Numbered from the stretch's first letter, positions 11,066 through 23,866 are shown. The stretch is DNA of 64,000 bases from Alphaproteobacteria bacterium (GCA_016869515.1 VGDZ01000006.1:12592-76591); one strand, 5' to 3'. Numbers and translations: made by a program. The notes: generated by a model from the letters alone, not told the origin.

Positions 11066-12349
11066 TCAGCCCCGCTCGCGCAGACGCTCGACCTCGGCGC
11101 CGGCGGCGGCCAGCTTGGCCTCCAGCCGCTCGTAGCCGCGATCGAGGTGATAGACCCGGTTGACCACGGTCTCGCCCTCGGCGGCGAGCCCGGCCAGCAC
11201 CAGCGAGACCGAGGCGCGCAGATCGGTCGCCATCACCGGCGCCCCGCGCAGCACCGCCACGCCGCGGACAATGGCCGAGGCGCCGTGGACGGTGATGTTG
11301 GCGCCCATGCGCGCCAACTCCGGCACGTGCATGAAGCGGTTCTCGAACACGGTCTCGGTGATCATCGAAGCGCCCTCGGCGATGGCCGCCAGCGCCATCA
11401 TCTGCGCCTGGACGTCGGTCGGGAAGCCCGGAAACGGTTGGGTCATGACATCGACCCCGCGCGGACGCGTGCCGTTGCGGGCGATGCGCAGGCCGTCGGG
11501 CAGTTCCTCGATCTCGGCGCCGGCGGCCTGGAGGCGCTCCAGCACCGCGCCGAGATGGAGCGCGCTTGCGCCCCGAAGCGTGACCTCGCCGCCCGCCACC
11601 GCCGCCGCCAAGGCATAGGTCGCGGCTTCGATGCGGTCGGGCAGGACGCGGTGCGCGGCGCCCCCGAGGCGTTCGACGCCGTCGATGACGATGCGGTTGC
11701 CGCCCGCGCCTTGGACGCGCGCGCCCATGGCATTCAGGCACTCCGCCAGATCCTCGATCTCGGGCTCGCGCGCGGCGTTGTCGAGCACGGTGCGGCCGCG
11801 CGCCAAGCTGGCGGCCATCATCAGGTTCTCGGTCGCGCCGACCGAGACCTTGGCGATCTGGATCTCGGCGCCGACGAGACCCTTGGGCGCCGCGGCGACG
11901 ACATAGCCGTCGGTCAGCTCGATGCGCGCGCCCAATTGCTGCAGGCCGGCGAGATGCAGGTCGATCGGCCGCGTGCCGATGGCGCAGCCGCCGGGCAGCG
12001 AGACCTTGGCTTTGCCGAAGCGTGCCAACAGCGGCCCCAGCACCAGCACCGAGGCCCGCATCTTGCGCACCAGGTCGTAGGGCGCGACCAGGCTTTTGAC
12101 GTCGCGCGCCGCCAGCCGCAGCCCGCGATCCGCGCCTTTGCCCTCGGCCTCGATCTCGATCTCGACCCCAAGCTCGGCCAAGAGCCGCGCCATGGTGTCG
12201 ATGTCGGCGAGATTCGGCACGCCCGCCAGCGCCAGCGGCCGCTCGGACAACAGCGCAGCCGCCATCAGCGGCAGGGCCGCGTTCTTGGCGCCGCTGATCG
12301 GGATCGTGCCGGAGAGCGGCCGACCACCCTTGATGCGGATGCGATCCAT
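11066..12349 (-). CDS. murA: UDP-N-acetylglucosamine 1-carboxyvinyltransferase
   Basis: 427-aa protein, full-length MurA similarity (active-site Cys in LPGGCAIG). Confidence 0.95.
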   Translation of the reverse strand: MDRIRIKGGRPLSGTIPISGAKNAALPLMAAALLSERPLALAGVPNLADIDTMARLLAELGVEIEIEAEGKGADRGLRLAARDVKSLVAPYDLVRKMRASVLVLGPLLARFGKAKVSLPGGCAIGTRPIDLHLAGLQQLGARIELTDGYVVAAAPKGLVGAEIQIAKVSVGATENLMMAASLARGRTVLDNAAREPEIEDLAECLNAMGARVQGAGGNRIVIDGVERLGGAAHRVLPDRIEAATYALAAAVAGGEVTLRGASALHLGAVLERLQAAGAEIEELPDGLRIARNGTRPRGVDVMTQPFPGFPTDVQAQMMALAAIAEGASMITETVFENRFMHVPELARMGANITVHGASAIVRGVAVLRGAPVMATDLRASVSLVLAGLAAEGETVVNRVYHLDRGYERLEAKLAAAGAEVERLRERG

Positions 12350-12450
12350 GCTGTCCTGCCGGGAGACGAACGGCGCGGGTTTTAGAGCAATCCCGCGCGC
12401 GCCTCAAGCCTGGCGCCGAAATCGGGCGGATCCCGGCGCCGTCGGCGCGA

Positions 12451-13590
12451 TCATTCGGGGGCGTGGAGTCCCGTCGGCGCCCGGATCGCGATGCGGGCGG
12501 TTACGCTCAGGGATGCGGGATCCAGCGCCAGGACTTCGTCGGCGGCGGTCAGCGCGACCATGATCCGGCCGCCGCTCCGGTCGAGCGCCGCCGCTCCCAA
12601 GGCGCGGCCCGGGCGCGGAGTCGCGGCGGCAACAACGCGCCGACGAGCAAGGTCGAGCACCTCGATGCGATCGCCGGCGATGGCGATGGCATGGCCGGGT
12701 TGGGGATGCGCCAAGAGCCGGCCTCCGGGCCGGCTTAGCGGCATTTGTCCGACCAGGCGCCAGTCGACGGCGGAAACCAGGGCGATGGCGGCGGGTTCGA
12801 CGATCGGAATCGCCACCAGTTCCGCGCCGGCCGCCAAGGCCTTGCCGGCGGCGTATTGCCCCTTCAGGGCTACGGCCGCGAACACCCGCCCGATATAGAG
12901 ATCGAGCCCGCGAGCGACGGAAGCGCCAGGTCCGAGGCCGAGCAAATGCTCGCCGTCGGGCAGGGCGACGATCTCGGTCATGACGTCGGGCAGCGGCATC
13001 CGGCGCGGAAGAAAGCGCGGCACGGCGGCGGGCGGCCCGTCATTGCGATAGTCGTGCACCCAGCCGCGATGGGGCGGGTTGTCGCCAAGCGGTATCTCCC
13101 AAACCTCGGCAAGATCGGAAAAACCGACCAAGAAACTCTTGCGCGCGGGCAAGGCAAGCACCGCCGCGGGCGTCGGCGTATGGCCGCCCTCGATGCGCAG
13201 CGGAATGGAATGTCGCTCGGTCAAATCGGCCATCGCCAAGATCGACAGCGAGGGCGGCGCGAGGGTCGCAACCACGACCAGATCGCCGTCTCCCGAGGCC
13301 GCCAAGCCTGCCGGCCGGCCGCGCAGCCGCACCTGACCGACGATCCGGCCGGCGGCCAGGTCGATCCTGACGGCATGGCCGTCTTCAGTGGCGAGGACGG
13401 CCTGGCGTCCGGCCGGGTCGAAGCGGACGCTCGCGAGCGGCGCGGGCAACTGACCGATGTCGATCGCCTGGTCGTCGGCGATGACCGCGAGGTGGCCATG
13501 CTCGCCCATGGCCAGGACGGCCGCCGAGGCGGGCTGGACGAATGCCAGTGCCGCTAACATCGTGACGGTGCGCGACAGCGCTTGGGTCAT
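12451..13590 (-). CDS. nirF: cd1-like 8-bladed beta-propeller protein without a heme c motif (NirF-like)
   Basis: 379-aa protein with signal peptide and no CxxCH. Beta-propeller-like repeats. Positioned in a nirS locus. Confidence 0.55.
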   Translation of the reverse strand: MTQALSRTVTMLAALAFVQPASAAVLAMGEHGHLAVIADDQAIDIGQLPAPLASVRFDPAGRQAVLATEDGHAVRIDLAAGRIVGQVRLRGRPAGLAASGDGDLVVVATLAPPSLSILAMADLTERHSIPLRIEGGHTPTPAAVLALPARKSFLVGFSDLAEVWEIPLGDNPPHRGWVHDYRNDGPPAAVPRFLPRRMPLPDVMTEIVALPDGEHLLGLGPGASVARGLDLYIGRVFAAVALKGQYAAGKALAAGAELVAIPIVEPAAIALVSAVDWRLVGQMPLSRPGGRLLAHPQPGHAIAIAGDRIEVLDLARRRVVAAATPRPGRALGAAALDRSGGRIMVALTAADEVLALDPASLSVTARIAIRAPTGLHAPE

Positions 13591-13604
13591 GATCGGTCCC
13601 GTCT

Positions 13605-13738
13605 AGGGCATGATCGATCTGTCTTGAACCATAGAGTTCAAGACAGATCGCGGATCATGCCCTCGTATCCTGCTCTGGACCGCGATTCACGGTTCATAGG
13701 GAATCGCGGCCGTGATTCCCAATGAACCGATCGCGGTC
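13605..13738. repeat. MITE/REP-like intergenic repeat, copy A (two hairpin modules)
   Basis: Module 1 is an inverted repeat GGGCATGATCGATCTGTCTTGAAC...GTTCAAGACAGATCGCGGATCATGCCC. Module 2 is a nested palindrome GACCGCGATTCACGGTTCATAGGGAATCGCGGCCGTGATTCCCAATGAACCGATCGCGGTC. The same element recurs at four other sites. Confidence 0.85.
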
Positions 13739-14144
13739 TAGGGCCGGACAACGACCGAGCCGACCATGCCCTCCTGTTGCCAATGCGGGCCGCAAAGATA
13801 GCCATGCGTCCCCGGCGGCAAGTGTCGACATGCTCGCCGCCGAAGAGGCGGGCCGATTCCTCGCGTCCGGCGGCCTTGAACCAGACGCTGTGCGACGTCC
13901 GCCGATCGACATTGACGAAGCGCAGCGTGGTGCCGGGCGCGACCGCGATGCTGAGCGGGCAGAAGCTGTGCTTGTACATGGTCACGACCGGAACGCCGGC
14001 GGCGGAACTGGGTTGGCCGAAAACCTCCCGGTAGCGCTGCTCGGCCTCGGCGCAAATCTCGCGCTGCAGCGCGGCCTTGTCGGCCTGGGCGGCGGCGCCC
14101 ATCGCCATCAGGCACCCGACCACGGCCGCGATCGCCCGCTCCAT
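13738..14144 (-). pseudogene. cupredoxin (amicyanin/pseudoazurin-like blue copper protein) with an apparent single-nucleotide frameshift
   Basis: The N-terminal part (signal peptide MERAIAAVVGCLMAMGAAAQA, then ...HSFCPLSIAVAPGTTLRFVNVDRRTSHSVWFKAAG) is in one frame. The C-terminal copper-ligand motif GTHGYLCGPHWQQEGMVGSVVV is in another frame. The junction lies at ~13805-13835, in a G4/C4 run. Confidence 0.55.
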
Positions 14145-14164
14145 GACGCCGCGATCCCGCGGAC

Positions 14165-15868
14165 CTATCGCTTGCGGGCGTTGATGTCCGCCCCCGGCGT
14201 ATCGAGACCGAAGCGGTAGTCGACCGAGACGTGGTGGAAGCGCGCGGCGCTGAAGTCGTCGTGGACGGCGAAGCCAAGGGTGTATTCCTTGCCCGGTTCC
14301 AGGCTCACGTCGCCGGGCTGGTCCGACCGCAACGGCCGCCGCAGCATCACCGTCCAGACGCCGTTTTCGAGCCCGCCTTGGCCTTCGATCTTGACGCCGC
14401 CGGTCATCACGCGCTCGGCCATGACGTGGCCGTTCTCGACCGTGCCGTCGGCCGACCAGCGCATCAGATCCATGAAGGTCCCGCCCTTGAGCAGGGCTTC
14501 GAGATCCGCCGCCGGCTTGAGCTTGTCCCAGCCGCCGCGCGGGCCGTCGCTGCCTTGGATTTCGATCGCGGTCCGCGATTCCGGAATGTATTTGGTGACC
14601 ACCTTGCCGGCGGGCGCCGAGGGCATCGATCGCGAATCGTGATGGCACGTCGCCCAACAGCTCGATTGGTCGACGCGCTCGATGCCGGTGCCGGCGATCA
14701 TGATCGCCAGCTTGGTCGCATTCTTGGCATCCATCTTGCCGCCGGGCACGAAGGGCGCGGGGGCATGCGGCGTGTCCGGCCACTGGAAGCGCAGGCTCAG
14801 GGTCTGGCCGTCGTGCATCGCTTGGACCTTGAGATCGATGAAGGGCCGCTTGCCTGGGATCGGCGTCGCCTCGACCTTCTGGCCGGAGACGATCTTGGCG
14901 CCCATTTCCTTGGCTTCCTTGGCGTGGCAGGTCGAGCAGCGATCGCCGGCGCGCAGGAAGGCGCGGGCGCCGCCATGATCCTTGCCGGTCAGCAGCCACT
15001 CGTAGGACGCCTGCCCGGGATAGAACAGCGGCACGGTGACCGCCTCGACATCGCCCCAGGCGCCGGCCGAAGCGGGGGCGGTGGAAGCAGCGGCGGCGGT
15101 CGCCGCAGGGGCCGAGGCGGCGGAGGCGACCGGGGCGGCGGCGGGGGGCGATGCCGGCATGGCGGCCTGCGCCTTCGCTGCCTTCTCCTTGGCGGCGATG
15201 CGATCGAGGCTGTCGAGGAATTCCCTCGGCACCGGCCGCGCATCGGCGGGAATCGGCCGCTCGAGTCTCTCGAGCTCGGCCTCGGCCAGGCGGTCGCGGA
15301 CATTCTTGTGGGCGATGCCCTTGTGGCAGTCGATGCAGGTGTTGCCGGCCTGCATGGCATCGAGATGCGGCTTGCGCGCGCGGGGGCGCTGAAGTTCGGG
15401 ACTCATCGACTGCAGGGTGTGGCAATTGCGGCATTCGCGGCTGTCGGTCTGCTTCATCGAAGTCCAGACCCGCTTGGCGAGCTCGAGGCGCCGGGCCTCG
15501 AATTTCTCGGGCGTGTCGACCGTGCCGAGCGCCCAATGGAACAGCTCGTTGGTGGCCTGGATCTTGCGCGCGACCTTATGAACCCAGGGATTGGGGACGT
15601 GGCAATCCGAGCAGGTGGCGCGAACGCCGGTGCGGTTTTGAAAGTGTATGGTGTCGCGATACTCGGCGTAGACGTTGTCCCGCATTTCGTGGCAGGAAGT
15701 GCAGAATCCCATGGTGTTGGTGGCTTCCATCGCGGTGTTGAAGCCGCCCCAGAAAACGATGCCGCCGAAAAATCCCACGGCCAGGATCGCCAGCAGCGAG
15801 TAGCGGGAACTCGGCCGCGTCAGGACGCCCCACAGCGCGGCCAGGCCGCTGGTGGATGGTTGGGACAT
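14165..15868 (-). CDS. nirT: membrane-anchored multiheme c-type cytochrome: NapC/NirT tetraheme domain fused to a C-terminal two-CxxCH (NirB-like) domain
   Basis: The N-terminal ~200 aa are typical NirT/NapC (TM anchor, four CxxCH: CTSCHE, CSDCHV, CRNCHT, CIDCHK). An Ala/Pro-rich linker follows, then ~280 aa carrying CSTCHAK and CWATCHHD. Confidence 0.8.
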   Translation of the reverse strand: MSQPSTSGLAALWGVLTRPSSRYSLLAILAVGFFGGIVFWGGFNTAMEATNTMGFCTSCHEMRDNVYAEYRDTIHFQNRTGVRATCSDCHVPNPWVHKVARKIQATNELFHWALGTVDTPEKFEARRLELAKRVWTSMKQTDSRECRNCHTLQSMSPELQRPRARKPHLDAMQAGNTCIDCHKGIAHKNVRDRLAEAELERLERPIPADARPVPREFLDSLDRIAAKEKAAKAQAAMPASPPAAAPVASAASAPAATAAAASTAPASAGAWGDVEAVTVPLFYPGQASYEWLLTGKDHGGARAFLRAGDRCSTCHAKEAKEMGAKIVSGQKVEATPIPGKRPFIDLKVQAMHDGQTLSLRFQWPDTPHAPAPFVPGGKMDAKNATKLAIMIAGTGIERVDQSSCWATCHHDSRSMPSAPAGKVVTKYIPESRTAIEIQGSDGPRGGWDKLKPAADLEALLKGGTFMDLMRWSADGTVENGHVMAERVMTGGVKIEGQGGLENGVWTVMLRRPLRSDQPGDVSLEPGKEYTLGFAVHDDFSAARFHHVSVDYRFGLDTPGADINARKR

Positions 15869-15906
15869 GCGCGAGGCTCTTTCCGTCGTCGCGGGTGGAG
15901 GAAAAC

Positions 15907-15935
15907 GGGGCGCCGGGGAGAGATCCCGGCGCCCC
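15907..15935 (-). terminator. stem-loop (11-bp GC stem) between nirS and nirT, followed by GUUUUCC on the transcript; possible attenuator
   Basis: GGGGCGCCGGG-gagagat-CCCGGCGCCCC perfect inverted repeat. Partial U-tract only. Coordinates approximate. Confidence 0.35.
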
Positions 15936-15942
15936 GCCGGTC

Positions 15943-17664
<1,722 letters not shown>

Positions 17665-17688
17665 TTAAGAACGCGGTGACGCACGTCA

Positions 17689-17702
17689 TTGATTCAAGTC
17701 AA
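17689..17702. promoter_or_regulatory. FNR/NnrR-type box TTGATTCAAGTCAA upstream of nirS
   Basis: TTGAT-N4-GTCAA reads TTGAC-N4-ATCAA on the nirS strand. It lies ~100 bp upstream of the nirS start codon in an AT-richer stretch. A second weaker half-site pair is at ~17754-17768. Confidence 0.45.
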
Positions 17703-18247
17703 AACGACTTGGCGAAATCGCGGTTTTCGGGTCGGGAGCGGAAATAAATTCGATCCGCTTGATGCAGCGACAAGTTTCCATATGTCGACGGTCAAATTTC
17801 GATCCCGGAAAACGACAAGATCGATATCGGCGCGACTATGGGGCGATCTGACCGCTCCCGAGCTGACCCCTGCCGAAAAATCGAGAGGACGGATGCGCTC
17901 GATCGATTCGAATCGATGCGCCTCGGGAACCGATCTTGCGCCGCTGCGCGCACGGCGGTTCTTTCGCTTCGCGCTTTGTCATGCGCGCCGAAATTTTCGG
18001 CAGTCCGCTAATCGGACTCCGACCGGCGGGGAGGGCGGGTCGCCGCGATCGGCGCCGCGGCGGATGCGGTGCGCTCGGCGCGGGCGCGGGCCTGATCCTT
18101 GCGGCGGACGAGATTGCGCCGCAGCGCTTCCGCTCGGCGCTCGGTCTTGGCGGCGGTGCGGTCCGCCGCGCCTTGCTTTGGGCGATCGACCATGGCCTTG
18201 CCTCGTGCCGGCCACTATGGCATGAAACGGCCCCTTTCGGTCGGTTT

Positions 18248-18322
18248 GCCCACATAGCTCAGAGGTAGAGCACCCCCTTGGTAAGGGGGAGGTCGAAGGT
18301 TCGATTCCTTCTGTGGGCACCA
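18248..18322 (+). tRNA. tRNA-Thr (anticodon GGU)
   Basis: GCCCACATAGCTCAGAGGTAGAGCACCCCCTTGGTAAGGGGGAGGTCGAAGGTTCGATTCCTTCTGTGGGCACCA: anticodon loop CTTGGTAAG, T-loop GGTTCGATTCC, 3' CCA. Coordinates ±2. Confidence 0.9.
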
Positions 18323-18348
18323 GCTTTCCAACTTCATCGGCGGCCCCC

Positions 18349-18380
18349 AAAAAAAACCGCGCGGGGTTGCCCCCGCGCGG
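18349..18380 (-). terminator. rho-independent terminator downstream of livJ
   Basis: CCGCGCGGGG-ttgc-CCCCGCGCGG perfect hairpin, followed on the minus strand by an 8-U tract (plus-strand A8 at ~18349-18356). Confidence 0.65.
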
Positions 18381-18405
18381 CGTCAGGCTTGAACCCCGAC
18401 TTGGG

Positions 18406-19527
18406 TTACATCTGCGCGTACTTGCCGTCCTTCCAGACATAGAACACGTATTGCGGGTTGCGGCGATCGCCCTTGGCGTCGAACTGCAGCTTGCCCAGCA
18501 CCGTGTCGAAGGTCTTTTCGCGCAGGTTCTTGGACAGGTCGGCGACCTTGGTCGACTTGGCCGAGTTGACCGCCTGCGCCCAGACCTGGATGGCGGCGTA
18601 GGTGTAGAGGGTGTAGCCCTCGGGATCGAACTTCTGGGCCTTGAACTTCTCGACCACGGCGGCGGCCGAGGCATACTTGCGCGGATCGGGCTCGAAGGTC
18701 ATCAGCGTGCCCTGGCCGGCCGGACCCGAGATCTTCCAGAACTCGTCGGTCACCAGCGCGTCGCCCGAGACCATCACCGCCGTGTTCATGCCCTGCTCGC
18801 GCGCCTGGCGCACGATCAGGCCGGCCTCGGTGTGATAGCCGCCGACGTAGATGACGTCGACCGCGGCCGCCTTCATCTTCGACACCAGCGCGTTGAAGTC
18901 CTTGTCGCCCTGGGTGTAGGCCTCGTACATCACCTCTTTCTTGCCGCGCTTGTTGAACTGCTTCTTGAACTCGTCGGCCAGGCCTTTGCCGTAGGCCGAC
19001 TTGTCGTGCAGGATCGCCACCTTCTTGTCGCCCATCTTGTCGGCGATGTAGTTGCCGGCGGTGATGCCCTGATAGTCGTCGCGGCCGCAGACGCGGGCGA
19101 CGTTCATCCACTTCTTCTGCGCCGCGTCGTCGGTGAACTTGGGATTGGTCGAGGCCGGCGAGATCTGCATGATGCCGGCTTCGTTGTAGACCTCGGAGGC
19201 CGGGATCGAGCTGCCCGAGCAGAAATGCCCGCCGACGAAGGCCACCTTCTTCGAGACGAAGGAGTTGGCCACCGCCACCGCCTGCTTGGGATCGCAGGCA
19301 TCGTCGCCGATCTCGAGCTTGATCTTCATGCCGCCGACGCCGCCGACGGCATTCAGGTCCTTGACCGCCATTTCGGCGCCGCGTTTCATCTGCTCGCCGA
19401 AAGCGGCGTATTGGCCGGTCATCGGCCCGGCCACGGCGATGGTGATCTCCTTGGCCTGCGCCAGCGCCTGGCCGCCGGCCAGCGCCAGAGCGGCGATCGC
19501 CGCGCCGGCCGTCAAATGCTTGAGCAT
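18406..19527 (-). CDS. livJ: branched-chain amino acid ABC transporter substrate-binding protein
   Basis: 373 aa from the internal Met (MLKHLTAGAAIAALALAGG signal peptide). LivJ/LivK periplasmic binding-protein similarity. Confidence 0.9.
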   Translation of the reverse strand: MLKHLTAGAAIAALALAGGQALAQAKEITIAVAGPMTGQYAAFGEQMKRGAEMAVKDLNAVGGVGGMKIKLEIGDDACDPKQAVAVANSFVSKKVAFVGGHFCSGSSIPASEVYNEAGIMQISPASTNPKFTDDAAQKKWMNVARVCGRDDYQGITAGNYIADKMGDKKVAILHDKSAYGKGLADEFKKQFNKRGKKEVMYEAYTQGDKDFNALVSKMKAAAVDVIYVGGYHTEAGLIVRQAREQGMNTAVMVSGDALVTDEFWKISGPAGQGTLMTFEPDPRKYASAAAVVEKFKAQKFDPEGYTLYTYAAIQVWAQAVNSAKSTKVADLSKNLREKTFDTVLGKLQFDAKGDRRNPQYVFYVWKDGKYAQM

Positions 19528-19630
19528 GTGGGTCTCCCTTTTGTCCCCAGCTAGGTCGCGGCAGCCCCCTGGCCCCCGCCGATGGAACCGATTAAGCCAT
19601 GCCGCGCGGCGGGCGACAAGGGTGCCGATT

Positions 19631-19969
19631 CTACCCGCGCGAGCGGTAGCGCCATGCACCGTCGCGCTCGTAAAGCCAGGGATACTGACCAATCATCCGC
19701 GCGACATGAGTCAGCCGCCACGAGGCGAGTGCGATTCCGCCCAGCGCCAGATAGGCGATGCCAAGCCCGCTTGCCGACAAAAGTTCGCCGCCGAACAGCG
19801 CAAAGGCGAGAAAGCGGTCGGCCAAGGTCAACAGCAAGGCATAGAGCGCCGCCAGGCGCGCCGGCTTCCAGCCCATCGCCACCGCCTGCCCGGTCATGAA
19901 GGCGGCGAAGCCCATGAACGGCAAGGTGAACAGCAGGAAAGCGAGGGGCGGGGTGCCGAGCCAGTCCAT
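19631..19969 (-). CDS. small hydrophobic membrane protein (112 aa), hypothetical
   Basis: Three or four predicted TM helices. Starts 1 nt after the livF stop, with GGAG upstream, so it appears translationally coupled within the liv operon. Confidence 0.55.
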   Translation of the reverse strand: MDWLGTPPLAFLLFTLPFMGFAAFMTGQAVAMGWKPARLAALYALLLTLADRFLAFALFGGELLSASGLGIAYLALGGIALASWRLTHVARMIGQYPWLYERDGAWRYRSRG

Positions 19970-19970
19970 G

Positions 19971-21476
<1,506 letters not shown>

Positions 21477-21484
<8 letters not shown>

Positions 21485-22744
21485 GCAGCCGCACCGTCGG
21501 CGCGCGGTCGGCGACCAGGCCGTGCGGCCGCAACACCATGATCAGCACCATGCCGGCGCCGAACACCAGCATGCGGTATTCGGCGAAGGCCCGGAACCAT
21601 TCCGGCAGTACCACCAGCACCAAGGCCGCCACCACCACGCCGACCTGGCTGCCCATGCCGCCCAGCACCACGATCGCCAGGATCAGCGCGGATTCGAAGA
21701 AGCTGAAGCTTTCCGGGCTGATGAAGCCCTGGCGGGTGGCGAAGAAGGCGCCGGCGAAGCCGCCGAACATGGCGCCGATGGCGAAGGCCGAAAGCTTGGT
21801 GTTGGTCGGATTGATGCCGAGCGCGGTGCAGGCGATCTCGTCCTCGCGCAAGGCCTCCCAGGCGCGCCCCAGCGGCAGGCGCCGCATGCGCTGGGTGAAG
21901 TAGTTGGTCACCAGCGCCAGCGCCAGGATGACGAAATAGAGAAAAACGATGCGGTGCATGGGATTGAAATCGAGCCCGACCAGCTCGTGAAACGAGGTGC
22001 TGCCCTCGGGCGGGTTGGCGGTGAAGGGAAAGCCGAAGAACGACGGCCGCGGAATCCCCGACAGCCCGTTGGGCCCGCCGGTCAGGTCGACCCAGTTGGT
22101 CAGGACGATGCGGATGATCTCGCCGAAGCCCAGCGTGACGATGGCCAGGTAGTCGCCGCGCAGCCGCAAAACCGGAAAGCCCAGCAGGACGCCGGTGAAG
22201 GCCGCCAGGATTCCGGCCAGCGGCAGGCAGATCCAGAACGAGAAACCGAAGGTCTTGGCCAACAGCGCATAGGAATAGGCGCCGACGGCGTAGAAGGCGA
22301 CGTAGCCCAGGTCCAGCAGCCCGGCCAGTCCGACCACCACGTTCAGACCCCAGCCCAGCATGACGTAGATCAGCACCTGGATGGCGGTGTCGACGACGTA
22401 GCGATCGGCGAAGGGCAGGGCCGGCAGCGCCAGAGCGAATCCCAATCCGAGCCAGATCAGCCAGCCCATGCGGCGATCCAGCGCCGCCGCCGCCGGCCGC
22501 CATTTCTCCGCCAACCCGGGACCCGGATCGTGCCGCCGCCAGAACAGGATTCCGACCCGTCCCAGCGCCGCCAGCGCCGCGCCCATCGCCACCACTTGCA
22601 TCCGCCATTCGATGGCGAGATGGCCTCCGCCGTCGTCGAAGGTGCGGGCGCCGACGATCAGCACCCCCAGCACGAACACCATCAGCGCCGTGGCCGCGGC
22701 TTCCTTGGCGGCGCGCGGCAGGAAGTCGTCGGCTGCGGCCGCGC

Positions 22745-22748
<4 letters not shown>
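21477..22748 (-). CDS. livM: branched-chain amino acid ABC transporter permease LivM
   Basis: 423-aa polytopic permease with LivM-family similarity. Confidence 0.88.
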
Positions 22749-23659
<911 letters not shown>

Positions 23660-23731
23660 GCGGCCGGGGAACCCCGAGGAGACTAGCGGGGCTTCAGCCT
23701 AGACCATGATCGACGTCAATGGAATTGCCTA

Positions 23732-23866
23732 GACCGCGATCGGTTCATAGGGAATCGCGGCCGCGATTCCCTATGAACCGTGAATCGCGGTCCAGAGCAG
23801 GATACGAGGGCATGATCCGCGATCTGTCTTGAACTCTATGGTTTAAGACAGATCGATCATGCCCTA
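23732..23866. repeat. MITE/REP-like repeat, copy B (inverted relative to copy A); a short fragment also at ~24011-24034
   Basis: Contains the perfect 38-nt palindrome GGTTCATAGGGAATCGCGGCCGCGATTCCCTATGAACC plus the GGGCATGATCCGCGATCTGTCTTGAAC module. Confidence 0.85.

Noticed and set aside
10614-12407. 597-aa minus-strand ORF spanning murA
   Set aside because: Only its C-terminal 150 codons (DUF2948) are genuine. The rest is an alternative frame of murA with repetitive R/G/A composition.
13638-15536. 632-aa ORF and other ORFs reading through MITE copies (13694..13912, 23745..23960, 36094..36306, 48523..48732)
   Set aside because: These frames run through the intergenic repeat. The recurring peptide ...SRPRFPMNRESRSRAGYEGMIRDLS is just the translated repeat, not a protein family.
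18008-18193. 61-aa basic ORF (MVDRPKQGAADRTAAKTERRAEALRRNLVRRKDQARARAE...) between the nirS leader and tRNA-Thr
   Set aside because: It might be a small DUF-type basic protein, but there is no clear RBS, it overlaps other equally plausible random frames, and it lies in a region with promoter signals. The evidence is insufficient to call it.
17689-18225. 178-aa plus ORF in the nirS upstream region
   Set aside because: It contains the AT-rich nirS promoter and FNR-box region, and its composition does not look like a protein. More likely non-coding leader and regulatory DNA.
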